NCBI GenBank assembly: GCA_002269645.1
Contig: NIVC01000110.1
Span: 434,001 to 498,000 of the forward strand
Length of the DNA stretch: 64,000 nucleotides
From: Macrostomum lignano
Taxonomy: Eukaryota
Direction of reading: 5' to 3'
The translations under genes and the position numbers were made by a program. The stretch's first letter is position 1. Each line of letters begins with the position of its first letter. Below are positions 51,156 to 63,300 of this stretch, one piece after another. Below the pieces are notes generated by a model. The model made no database searches. It saw only the letters and a program-made list of their open reading frames with translations, and was not told the origin of the DNA.

Positions 51156-54100
51156 TCAATGATAACCGTATCGTTCCGGGGGTCTAATCGCCGCGCGGTT
51201 CCGCAGCCGCGGTATCCAGCTAACGTTATTCGTGCCTGCCCGCTGCGGGGGCGTACTGTGCACTGGGCTCAGATGCATTAAATTCGGTGGAGTGCGCACA
51301 GGAATCTGCCTGGCCTGAGACCCCGCAGGACTCGCCTGCGCCCGCTGGTTTGCATTGGCCGCTGTCTGAGTATTTTCGACTGCTCTATTCATATTACTTT
51401 CAGTAGCTTCGTGAGCTCTCTCACGTTGCAAAAATCTAATTCTCTCTGGTCTCTGAATCTCCACTTGAACTCTTTCTGACTCCTCCGAGCCGTCATCACT
51501 AGCACTTCCAGCTTCCTCTTCTCGATATTGACGCAACTTTTCTTCTGACAAGTAGCAGGGCTTTGTTCTGTCTACTGTCACTACGTCATGAATTCTGGCG
51601 GGTTGCTCTATTCGGTCAACCTTCGGACCGGGCTCGATTTTTAAATTTTTTCCATTATTTCTTACTTCAAGCACTCGATACGGACCTACCCACTTCCTAT
51701 TCGTATCATAACAATTCTGCGTATTCGCTATCCAGACCAGGTCACCTGGCTGATAATACTGCTGGAATACTTTCGTGTCATAATTAGATTTCTGCCGCCT
51801 GACTGATATTTGCTGCTTTTCTCTGGCGATTCTATACGATTCCATGCACTTCTTATACAGATCATGTAAATGTTTATCACGGGTCTTGCGCTCCGGTGCA
51901 GGCAATCCGAGCTCAGCATCAACCGGTAGCCGCATCTTTCGACCATAGACTAATTCGAACGGACTAAATTTATTGCTTTCACTGACCGTGCTTCGCTGAA
52001 CCATCAAAGCGTGCGGAAGCACCTCATCCCATGCCAAACTGAGTTCACTCTGGGCTAATCTGATTCCATCTTTCACTACTCTGACCATGCGCTCGCAGCG
52101 ACCGTTAGCTTGCGGATGGTAGCTAGTAGTATGGCGCAAATCTATTCGGAAATTTTCGGTTAACGATTTCACTAATTCTGCAGTAAACGATGTACCTCTG
52201 TCTGATATGAACGCTTCAGGGGCACCATGCCGAGTGATCCACTTTGTGTACAGGGCCCAAGCTGTACTCTCAGCTGTACAATCTCGAAGCGCTTTTACCT
52301 CTAGCCAGCCCGTAAAGTGATCAACCATCAGCAGGAGGTACTTGTTCCCCCGTGCTGTGGCGTTGAACGGACCGGCGAAATCTATATGTACTTTCTCGCC
52401 CATGTAACTGCTGACTTCTGGTTCTAAGGGCGCTCGTGGCTTCGGCCCGTATTTCTTCCTTGTCTGGCACTCAGTACAAGTCTTAATATATCTATCTAAG
52501 TTTGTTGAATAGTTTGGCCACCAAAATCTCTGTCGAATCAAATCTTTAGTCTTCGAAATACCGCCGTGAGCCATTTGATCGTGGTAAGCTCTAAACAACT
52601 GCTGCTCCAGGGCTTGGTTTTCCGGCAGTACTGTCTGCTCAAATTTTCGGCCTTCTGAATCTGTCCAGATTCTATGAATTATGTCATTTTTCACTAATAG
52701 CTGCTCATAATCGCTAAATAATGACTTATAACTGCGGCTCATTCCAACCCATTCATTCTTGGGCGGACAGGGCTCTCCCTGTCTGAGCTTTTGCTTGAGC
52801 AGCAGCAACTCTGGCTGGCTCTCCTGCAGTTCTACAATTCCCGCTGGCGTATCGATATTAATTGCACCGCAGTGGACTGTTGCTGTCTTCGTCGCACTGC
52901 AAGTGGGGCATTCCTCATGGTAGCGTTTCGGGGGACCATCCCGCTGAGGTCTGCGACTCAGGGCGTCTGCGTTACCATGGGCAATCCCTTGGCGGTACTG
53001 AATTGCAAAGTCATATTCTTCCATTCTCGAAATTACTTCAAATTGATCAAACTGCTCAAGAATCATGTTCCATCTGCCTAGCATGCCTTTTGCACCGTGG
53101 CACTTACGCAGCCATTGGAGGGCCGCGTGGTCTGTCCTGACCTTGAAACGACGGCCGACCAGATAAGGCCGGTAATGTTCTAAGAAATATATCAGCGCAA
53201 ACATTTCCTTCATCGTAGTGCAGTAATTCAACTGATGCTCATTTAACGGATGCGAAGCATAGGCTATTACTTTTTCTTCCCCATCTTGCTCTTGTAATAA
53301 ATTTCCACCTATAGCTACGTCACAGGCGTCGACATCGAGGATGAACGATCCCGCGTCGCTATCGAACCTGGGGTAGCTCAGTACAGGTGCGCTTACTAAC
53401 TTCTGCTTTAAAAGATCGAATGCCTTCTGGCAACTGTCATCCCACTTATACTTGACATCTTTTCTAGTTAAATTATTTAGGGGCTCACTTATTCGCGCAA
53501 AGTCTTTAATAAATCTGCGATAGTAGCCGGCTAAGCCTAAGAATCCGCGCAGCTCAGAGATATTCTCTGGCCGGGGCCATGTCTGGACTTTTTCTATCTT
53601 ATCTTTGCTGGTATAATACCGTGCTGGCAGACGGTGTGCCCTAGGAAGGTGACTTCTTTCCGAAACAGAAAGGTCTTCTCTGGCTTGATTTTCATTCCAG
53701 CATCTGCTAATCGAGAGAAAATTAATTCCAAATTACTGAGCATTTCTTCGAAATTCTTGCCTGTGCAAATAACATCATCTAGGTAGAGTAAAGCGAACTT
53801 ATAAGCGTAATCGCCTAAGATCTTCTGCATTATGCGCTGAAAGCAAGCGGGTCCATTCGTGACTCCGAAAGGCAAAACTTTCCACTGGAACAGGCCATCA
53901 TGGGTTCGAAACGCTAATTTCTCGCGGTCAGTCTCTCTGACCTTCACTGACCAATAAGCGCCGACCATGTCTAGGGTGCTAAAGTACATGTTGCCTGCCA
54001 GGGATTCCAGCGATTCTTGAATTAGCGGTAACGGAAAACTGTCCTTCTTAGTCTTATTATTTAGTTGTCTAAAATCACAGCAAAATCTGAATTCTCCGGA

Positions 54101-55936
54101 CTTCTTCCGGGCGAGAACTATAGGGCAACTCCACTCAGATTCTGAGGGCTCAATCAAATCGTGCTCTAATAGCTGCTGCACATGCCCGCTAACAAATTCT
54201 CGTTGCTCAGGGCTTTGCTTGCGCAGGGGAATTCTGACTGGAATTTCATCGGTAGTCTCGATCTTGAATTCGCCCATCTGGGTCTTGCCGATATCCCACT
54301 GATCCTTCGACACAATATTCTGATAACGATTTAAGAATTCAATTACTTTTGCCTTCTGAGCTTCACTTAAATCGGTCTCGTTTAAGCGGAATTGCTTTCT
54401 AATTCTTTCTGCTTCTTGCATCGTGACTGCTGCCTTCGATTGCTTCTGCGCACCTACTTCTAAATCAGTTTCTGACATTGCGAAAAGTTCTACATCCTCC
54501 TTCAGCGGTTGATACTGCGCCACTATCTCATCCTTATGAATTGTCTGAGCCTCTTCTGTCAGGTTCATTAATCTAACGTAAGTTTCGCCGAATTCGTCTA
54601 ATCTAGTAATAGCTTTTGCTACTAATGGCTCATCTTTCTCGCTAATTTGACTGCGGCCTGAAATGAAGCCGAGTTCTGCAGTTTCCGGAGTATCTTTACA
54701 TTTAGCCTTGACATAAATTTCGCTCATCGGTGCTATAGATACTTTCTTGACTACTTGCAGTAGGACGCAACGCGTTTCATCACTCGTTGTTACAAGCGGA
54801 ATTCTGCGATCACTAAATTCTAAGGATTTTCCTGCTATATCTAATTTAATTTTATGCCGAGTTAACAAGTCGATGCCTATTATTGATGATGTTAGTAAGC
54901 CTTCAGCAACATAGAATGGGTGCGTAATCTCGCAGTCCCCGAATCTGACGCGCAATGCTACTTGGCCTAGTAAATTTGAAGTTTGGCCATTGGCGGATCG
55001 CATATTCACTGAGCATGGCTTCAGACTATGATTTGCCGGATAGAGGCGTTGATATAATTTCTTATCGATTAGGCAATTTGAGGCGCCGGTGTCAACTAAT
55101 ATTTTTTCACTTAATCCGTTAATCTGGCTATCGAGGAATAATCCTGAATTCACTAATTGGCTAGATATGTCTGCTTCTACGGTCTTCTCTCGCTTCTCTG
55201 TTGCTTTCTTTTCAGCTGCCACATCTCGCTGGATGGCTGTCTCTAACTTCCTTAATTCTTGCTTCATTTCCCTAACTTCAGCTCTAAGTTCTGCTGTCGT
55301 GGCACTCTTGTCAGGTTCTTCTTTCGTTGATTCTTCTTGGACTTTTTCTACCAAGCATTGGCGCAAGTCCTTCAATTCGGTTCTTAGATCTGATAATTCT
55401 TTTACTACCTTAGATTCGTCTGCTGAAGCTTTCTGTCCTTCCACCTCACTGAGTCTCAAGTCTATGCTATTCAATGCGCTTCTCTGAGCTGCCGCAGCTT
55501 CGCTTCGCTTCTCTAATTCTTCTTTCAATTGCTCTGACTGTCTAGCTAAGCTCGCTGACTTCTGTTTGTTAATTTCTGCTAATCTGCGTTCCTCGCTTGA
55601 GCAAATTTTTACATTGACCGCTCTCTGTTTCCTACTATGAGTAGTATCGTTAGTGCGGATAAATTTTACTGTCGCCCTCTGGCGCAGAAAATGCATAATT
55701 TCGTAATCAGTTGCTATATTAGTATTAGTCACATGAAAGAATATATCTCTATTATTGCTATCTCGCAGGAATCCGTAGCCTCTGTAATAATTATACCAAA
55801 CTAAATTTCCATATTCTACATTGACTGAGCTGTCTTGCTGGTCCTCTACTGCTGCAGCTCTTCTATTGGGAGTGAATCGGTTTAGTGGCTGGGGGCGGTT
55901 GGCCCTCCCTTGGTGCCGCCCCGTCGGTAGTTTAAA
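51156..55936 (-). CDS. pol: Pol, copy B, about 1590 aa, with one 1-bp deletion near 53615
   Basis: Same domains as copy A; open from the slippery site through CSD, coiled coil, PR and RT to about 53615, then RH-INT to TGA at 51156. Confidence 0.93.
55601..55813 (-). other. Cold-shock domain at the N-terminus of Pol (copy B intact; copy A 46280-46487)
   Basis: YGNLVWYNYYRGYGFLRDSNNRDIFFHVTNTNIATDYEIMHFLRQRATVKFIRTNDTTHSRKQRAVNVKIC matches the CSD pattern GxVKWFNxxKGYGFI...DVFVH...L...VxF...AxNV. Confidence 0.82.
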
Positions 55937-57116
55937 GAATTTCGTCTAACTGGGCAGTCTCTGGCCAGGTGAGTTTCTTCGCCGCACTCATAACAGGCCT
56001 TTCTCGCATTTGGCGCGTTCGCCCCGAAGGTTTGAACCTGTCATTGGCCCCTCCGGCCTCGTGACCAAAGCGTGGCGGGCGTGTCATGGCGGGCCTGACA
56101 AATGGCGAAGACTGACGATTATAGGGTCTTGAGTAGCTGCTCATGTGATGCTGTGGCCGAAAGCTATTCGGAGGCTGCACTGGTGCCTGTGGCCTATAGC
56201 TTGGGTTCATTTGTCTATGGGCAAACCTGGGTTGCCATTGCCTGTAGTCGAACTGAGGCTGATAATTCTGGTACGGTTGGTACTGCGAAGGATAATTGCT
56301 CGGGGAAGCAAACTGAGGTCCAAATGACTGGTGGCCTTGGCCCGCGCTGGGTGCTGCTACAGGCGTCTGTTCCTTCCCTACTTGAGCCGTTAACGTATTC
56401 GAGCCCTCTTGCTTCCTTCTACTCTTTTGGCTACCTGGGTTTGCGAGTTCTTCGAGGATCTCCTCGTTCTTAGCTGCAGTCAATAAATCTTGAGTCTGAT
56501 ACTTCGATTCATGGGTTCTACGATAGGCAATAACTGCGCGCCTGACTTTATAATTTGCTATGCCGGCTTCAAATCGTTCAGAAACTCGCTCTCGAGCCTG
56601 ATTCTCTAGTCCTGCTTTCCTAACTAATTCAACTAATGCGTCGTAAAATTCTTCTAACGATTCGTCTTCCTTCTGCCTGCGGTTCATCAGCTCTAGCTTC
56701 GCTTCTTCTTTCTGTCCTACGGGCTTAAATTTGTCCTTTAAAGTCTTTTCGATGCTTTCGAAAGATTCGGTGCTCGCTAGGCCTAAGTTAATGTAAACCT
56801 TATAGGCGTCTTCGTCTAGGAGCGACAATAGCTGATACACTTTGGCCGATTCATCTATACCGTTGCCTTGACAGTAGTTGTTGAAGATTCTTAGAAACAA
56901 TTCGAAATCTGAGCCAAGTCGGTATGGCTTTGGCTTTGCTACGCTGTTATGCGACTTCAAAATCACTCTAGGTTCGGGATTTTCGGTTTCCATTCTTCTT
57001 ATGCGGTCCTGCAGTTCTCTCACTACTGTTCTCAAATGTTCGGCCTCATCTACTTCGCCTTCGTTCCTAATCTCAGCTGACTTCGATTCCTGACTATTTT
57101 CTCCGTCTTGCGCCAT
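55882..57116 (-). CDS. gag: Gag, copy B, with a 1-bp deletion near 56025 just before the zinc knuckle
   Basis: Matches copy A except gttcgccccgaag vs gttcgcccccgaag. Confidence 0.9.
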
Positions 57117-57645
57117 GCTAAGTTTTAATCAATTGGAATTTCTATTACTGCAACTTCAGAAAGTACAACTTGTAAAGCTATAACAATTTCAATGATCTAG
57201 CTTTCTATTTTATCTTATGAGCGGAATCGGTCGCCTCGCTCGCACTGGCAATAACTGATAAGAAAAACTGAATGTACACTGAGACAAATTCAACCAATGT
57301 ACTCTCTAGTGCGCGCACTCGCAGACTATGCTGATAAACACTAATAAAATTTTCAACTGTAAACAAAATCTACTTTCACACGCAAGTTTCTATTAAAGTG
57401 CTAATTTGAGTTTAGAAAGTCAATTTTATTTTTCCCACTCCTAAATCCTATTCAGTATTTTGGGGTAACTGGCCAACCGCAAAACCACACCTAATGCGGA
57501 ATTGCTGCACACTGCGTGGTTGACGAAATAGCCGCTACGAGCCTGGAACAGACTCGTTGAATTTTAGTCTAAGCTTGCTCACTTAGAGCGCCTACCAATA
57601 AACTGCCGCCTGCTAACTATTTATTGGATTCCCAGGGGCTCCACT

Positions 57646-58827
57646 TGTGATAAATAGGCAATTAGATAATAGCATGCACGGTGAGCAATTATTTAGGCCC
57701 TAGACAAACCTACTTGGAGCGTTCGGAGATTTTAAAGCTATTAATCCTAATCGCCTATCGCCGGTCGGCGAGTCCTACCAGTCTTTCTCCAATAGCCGCA
57801 GGTACAGTACAAGAAAATAAAGAACACGAGGGAACACGAACCGAAAGATTTAGAGAGTGATAATCCTATTTCAAGAATAACTAACTTGATTGACGGTTTA
57901 ATTTGATTAGCTGAGTTACAAGATTTGACAAACGGCGCAGATAACTAGAGTTGACAAAACGACAACAACGGTTAATAAATAATGATTATATACGCACTGA
58001 CAAGCGGATCTCAGCTGAAGAAGAAGGAGGAGAAGGCACCGAACACAGGACCACGGAGAAAGACTCCTAACCCCTGGCCTAAGCCAGAACCTACACTCAA
58101 ACGAGAGCCCTGCCGAACCGACCGTTCAACGGAGTACCGACTAAATTCTATCGGCACTGCCCTTCAGTGTAACACTGAGGCCCTCGGGGTCGAGGCCGCG
58201 TACTTGATCAGATCCGACAGTCTCTATCTAACCGCGCTTGATAGCGACGACTTCAGACAGAAATTTGCCGTAGACGTTACGCCACAAGACTAAGCGGTTG
58301 GGCGGGAACAAAGAAATGGACCGGGGGTGATGAATTCAGGCGCCTCAAAGCGCGAACCAACAAGAGAAGGGAAAACGGCCACCGGCCGGGAACTGGACAA
58401 GACAAACCGGGGAAAAGGAGCAAGCGAGATCCGATTGCCAAAACACACTCTCATATATAGTCAGAGTCACAACCCCTCAAAACCCCCTCAAGCCGGGTGG
58501 TGGTCGTCTGGCCGGCCGCTTGCTTAAGCCGAATCGCACTGTGCCCGCGGCGCCGGGTAAAATTGAAACTTGCCGCGTGCCAGGGTCCAGGCCGGTTCTG
58601 ATTGGCTGACCGCGCAAAGCTGGGGTTCGCAGACAAACTCAACCCTCCGCTGAGTCACAAAATGCGTCTGACTTCTAACCTGTTTACGCAAAATTGATTC
58701 CAACTAACAAGGAAAAAGTACACCAAAAACGTATGACTAAACTAAAGCAAAATAACAATTCAATAACAATATAGAAACTAATGCAGTCAATTTACAACAA
58801 AATATACGCAAAGATGCTCACACTACA
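57646..58827 (-). repeat. LTR (5' LTR of copy B), 1182 bp
   Basis: Same sequence; ends at the TSD. Confidence 0.96.
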
Positions 58828-59640
58828 CTTGGGTGAGCACCCCTGTCTCTTGGGTGGGCACCTTGTCTCTTGGTGGGTGCCCCTGTCTCTTGGTGGGTGC
58901 CCCTGTCTCTTGGTGGGCGCCCGTCTCTTGGTGGGCGCCCCTGTCTCTTCATGGGCGCCCCTGTCTCTTGGTGGGCGCCCCTGTCTCTTGGTGGGCGCCC
59001 TGTCTCTTGGGTGGGCACCTTGTCTCTTGGTGGGCACCCCTGTCTCTTGGTGGGCGCCCCTGTCTCTTGGTGGGCGCCCCTGTCTCTTAAGTGGGCGCCC
59101 CTGTCTCTTGGGTGGGCACCTTGTCTCTTGGTGGGCGTCCCTGTCTCTTGGTGGGCGCCCCTGTCTCTTGGGTGAGCACCCCTGTCTCTTGGGTGGGCAC
59201 CTTGTCTCTTGGTGGGTGCCCCTGTCTCTTGGTGGGTGCCCCTGTCTCTTGGTGGGCGCCCGTCTCTTGGTGGGCGCCCCTGTCTCTTCATGGGCGCCCC
59301 TGTCTCTTGGTGGGCGCCCCTGTCTCTTGGTGGGTGCCCCTGTCTCTTGGTGGGCGCCCGTGTCTCATGGTGCAGGGTACCCCTGTCTCATGGTGCAGGG
59401 TACCCCTGTCTCATGGATCAGGGTACCCCTGTATCATGGTGCAGGGTACCCCTGTCTCATGGATCAGGGTACCCCTGTATCACGGTGCAGGGTACCCCTG
59501 TCTCATGGTGCAGGGTACCCCTGTCTCATGGTGCAGGGTACCCCTGTCTCATGGTGAGCGCCCCTGTCTCATGGTGAGCGCCCCTGTCTCATGGTGGGTG
59601 CCCCTGTCTCTTGGTGGGCGCCCCTGTCTCTTTATGGATG
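58828..59640. repeat. GC-rich minisatellite, right arm
   Basis: Same unit as 37444-38999, drifting to ggtgcagggtacccctgtctcat. Confidence 0.96.
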
Positions 59641-60349
59641 CCCCTTTCTCTTTGTTACCTACTTAGCTGCTCTCTAAGTTAGGTAGTTTGGCTACAAGTT
59701 TACTTACGTGGTGGTGTCGTATGTTTTGCATTATTGTCCAAAAATTGTTAAAAAGCCGTTTTATCGTATAAAATATGATAAGTAAGTTCAGATTTAAAAC
59801 GAAACTCATAGTCTTATAGAGTCCCTAATAACATACTGCATAACTCCTTCTGTGTTAGTTCCGTGTGCGTGTACGGTTTTTCATTGCTGAAGTGATGACA
59901 AGGGTAACAAGGTACTCGTACCAGTGTACCAGTGATATGCACTGGCTAAAATTAGAAAAATGTACGATATTGTTTAACTAGCGTAGTGTATGGAAAAATG
60001 CTACTGTACACTGAGACATAACTCATAATAGACACACGATGCAGCGGCTCTTGTACTAAAGAGCTAGAAAATATGAATGCTTCGTTCCTTCTAATAGGAT
60101 TATTTGTTTATAAATTTAATTATAGCCATGTGAAAATACAACAGGCGTGAATACATGCTTTCAGCTTTAGAAAAAAGCCAGGAAAAGGGGGGGGTGGCTA
60201 AACAAACCTCTTATTTTGGCAAAATGCAAAATTCAACAAAGTCAAGTGAGCACTTTACCGTACGAGCTACGTCTAAAACGAGTCAACGGTGTACGTTAGA
60301 GACAAGTGGAACCTTTCCATTTATCACCTGCGTGAGATGGGCTGCCTTT

Positions 60350-63300
60350 TTAAGCACTCTTGAGTTTGATCTTATAACTACAAATATGGTCTGACTCTGA
60401 AGCCTCATTGCGGGTATTGCTTTGAGTTAAACCACTCGACACGGGCTCAAGCAGCGGTTCAGATTCAATAATCAGATTGCGCACTTCCTCCTCCAGCCAT
60501 CGAGGCACGTCGCCGAACATCCTGGAGCTTTTGATGCGAAACAGCCGAAGCAGCTCCAGATTTCTGCAGTTCGCTGAAGCCACCACCAGCTCCTGCTCAT
60601 CCGCATCCTCCCTGTGCGCCACATCCTGGATCCAGTGTTGAGCACTGGAGTCTCCTGATCCTATCAGCTCGAAGCGGAGTGCCCAAAGCAGAGCGTCAAA
60701 ATTTAAAAATAAATAATTGTCGTAGTTTTTCAATTCGAGTGGAAAATACATTTCGACGATTGGTTTGCTAATTTTCAGTTGAATATTTTGCCGCTTGTCA
60801 AATCGAAAGCAGAACTTCCACGCGGAGTCTCGGCTCTTCAGGTGCCGCCACACCAAGTCCGCAGTCGCCTCACTCGCCGACCTCTCAGCGGGCCAGTCGA
60901 TGCCTCTGCTCGCGCTGAACTGCCTGCAGTCGCTCACGACTTTCGCTGCAGCCTCTCGGTGGCCGAACTTCAGACAGTTCAGCGCTCTGAGGGACTCTCT
61001 CGCCGAGCGGGCGCAGTCTGGCAGCTTGCCGATCAGCTCCGAGAGACGCTGTCGGGACTCTGAGCTTCGGTCTCCGTCTGAAACTCGAAGCAGCGACTCT
61101 CTCACGACGCTGTAAATCTCGTGGTACTCGCACACCTTCGCTGCTGACACTGGAGCTTGGTAGTCTATCATTGGCAAGATGAGAAACGGGTGGAAGTGGA
61201 ATCGGCCCGAGTCGGTGACGGGGCGCAGGCTGTGCTCGAACTCCAGCAGCAGCTCAGGAAGCCTATCGATCGCCTTTCTCACTGCATCGGCTGCCTCAGT
61301 CAACGCTCGAGTCACCTTCTCAGCCGATGAGGTGTCCACGCCTCTCAGGTACACAGCGGAATCGTCAAGGAAGAAGTGGTCCATGATCCTGGCGTCAGGT
61401 CTGCCTGATCTGCAGTCGCTCTCAAGCATCTGCAGCGAGCGTCTCGTGAGGCTCACGAGATTCCGAGCGTCGCTCCACTGCTCAGCCGGTGACTGCTCGA
61501 GCATTCTTAACAAGATTGTTTTTGCGTGATAGGACCTGAAGCCGTTGTGTCGGACGGCCTTCTTCAGCAGCTGCTTGAGCGTGACGAACAGCTGGCCCTG
61601 CAGAGTGGTGAGACTCCGCAGCAACCGCCTCTCCAGGAAGCTGGTGCTCACTCGGAGCTGCTGGCCTCCTTTTCCGGGAGGAGCTGCGTGCACCACGTGA
61701 CAGGGCGATGAGGCAGAGGTGAGATCCTGCTCTAGCAATCGCAAAACGGACTGGGGGATGTTTGAGTCGGAGACTCGGTTCCCAAGCAGCGGCGCGATGG
61801 GCGGGTAGCGGCAGAGGCGGTGGGCGTCAACTTTATCCACGGCAGGTCGCACAGGCGAACCTCGAAATCGGACTGCTGGCCTCGATGCTGCGGGTTTGCA
61901 ATACTTTTTAATTTTGTTTCTATGTACTCTTTAGAGTGGAGAGATATTTTCCCACTTGAAATTTGGATTTACTTCCCCCCAGCTGGCCACGGCTAACTTG
62001 TAAATGACGGATGATATGAAAATCGACTGTTTGACTTGGCTTTATACGGTGAGTTCAGCACTAACCAGGTTAACGAGCTGCGGTCTGCGATGCTCTATAG
62101 CTGCAATCCCTGACTGACAAGCCGACCCAGAGGTGCACACCTCGAAAGCATTCAAGCCAGGCCCTGCGTTTGTTGGGCTATCTGGACTCGGGCAACCGAC
62201 CCATGACCCTGACTTTTGAGTAGGCCATGTTTATTACGGGTGATCTTGGTAAGTGTCCCGCCTCTTACTATTGAGCCTCGGCTCAATGAGCCTGAGCCTG
62301 AGGCTACGGCTCTGATTTTGGTTGGCTCTTGGATTTGGTGTCTACGGCTCTCACATTAGCCACCTCTGCTTTTCTTGGTTTGCCTGGGGATGGCCTGGGG
62401 CGTATAGCCAGGATTTCCGCTTGGGTGGGGGCACGTCTCAGGGGAGCGCCAAGCCTGCTGGAAAGGGACGGCAAGGTCACCCAGCTGCATCCGGGACGGA
62501 CCTCTGTCCCCTGCTGCGAAGTCAAGCAAGTAATTAAAGTGTCCGACTTTATGTTGAATCGCTCATAGGTTCTCACCGTAGCCTTGTGTCATGATGTGTC
62601 CGTTATTATACTCCACTTTCTGATCATCAGCTACAGGGCACTCGCACCGATTCTTGAGATGGATGTCATGTCCTTGGATGATGCGCAGCACATCAATATC
62701 GGACTCGATGCCAGTCCTGCCATCCAAACTGCTCAGGCTGTTGCCCCAGCCGTCGGTGAAACTGCCAACCACGAAAAACGCAGAGTCGTTATGCCTCTTC
62801 CTCAGGATATCCTGCAGTACATCGGCAGCAGCGCTCTGCAAGGCGGCTCTGGAGTGCACGAAGCCCGATCGTCTTAGCGCTGAGTTCAGCCGCAGACTGA
62901 GCACTGCATCATTGCTTGGAGCAGCTTTGAAACAAAAAAAGAAATTGAAACGCTTAAAAGAGTTGAAAATTGAAACGCTCAAGATTTTTTACAGGAAGGC
63001 TAATTAATCTGCTCACCTTTTGTCTTTTGCAACTGTGAGCATGACCATGCGTCACCTCTTATGGTTCGGTCCAAGACTTCAGCTGCTCGAGCGCTGCCGA
63101 ACTCCCGAGCCCGATTCAATGCCAGCTGAAGTTCGTGCAGGGAGCGGTCAAGACAGGCGCATTTAAGAAGAACCTCAAGCACACCATGATGGTCATTCTG
63201 GGCTGCAATATACAGAGGCGATCTGTCATTGTTACTTTTTTGATTGACATCTGCTTGCGCATTGATGAGTGCATCAACAATCTGATAGTGGCCGTTTTGC

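Larger units (their letters stand above)
39000..58827 (-). mobile_element. Tandem Ty3/Gypsy LTR retrotransposon: LTR-internal-LTR-internal-LTR (two ~9.3-kb units sharing the middle LTR)
   Basis: Three 1182-bp LTRs, TG...CA ends, 4-bp TSD CTTG (38996-38999, 58828-58831), PBS and PPT, gag plus PR-RT-RH-INT domain order. Confidence 0.97.

Noticed and set aside
60176-60205. Short reverse-complement match to the hammerhead-bearing unit (gaaaag.ggggggtggctaaa)
   Set aside because: Only about 20 nt, and no hammerhead core was found nearby on either strand.
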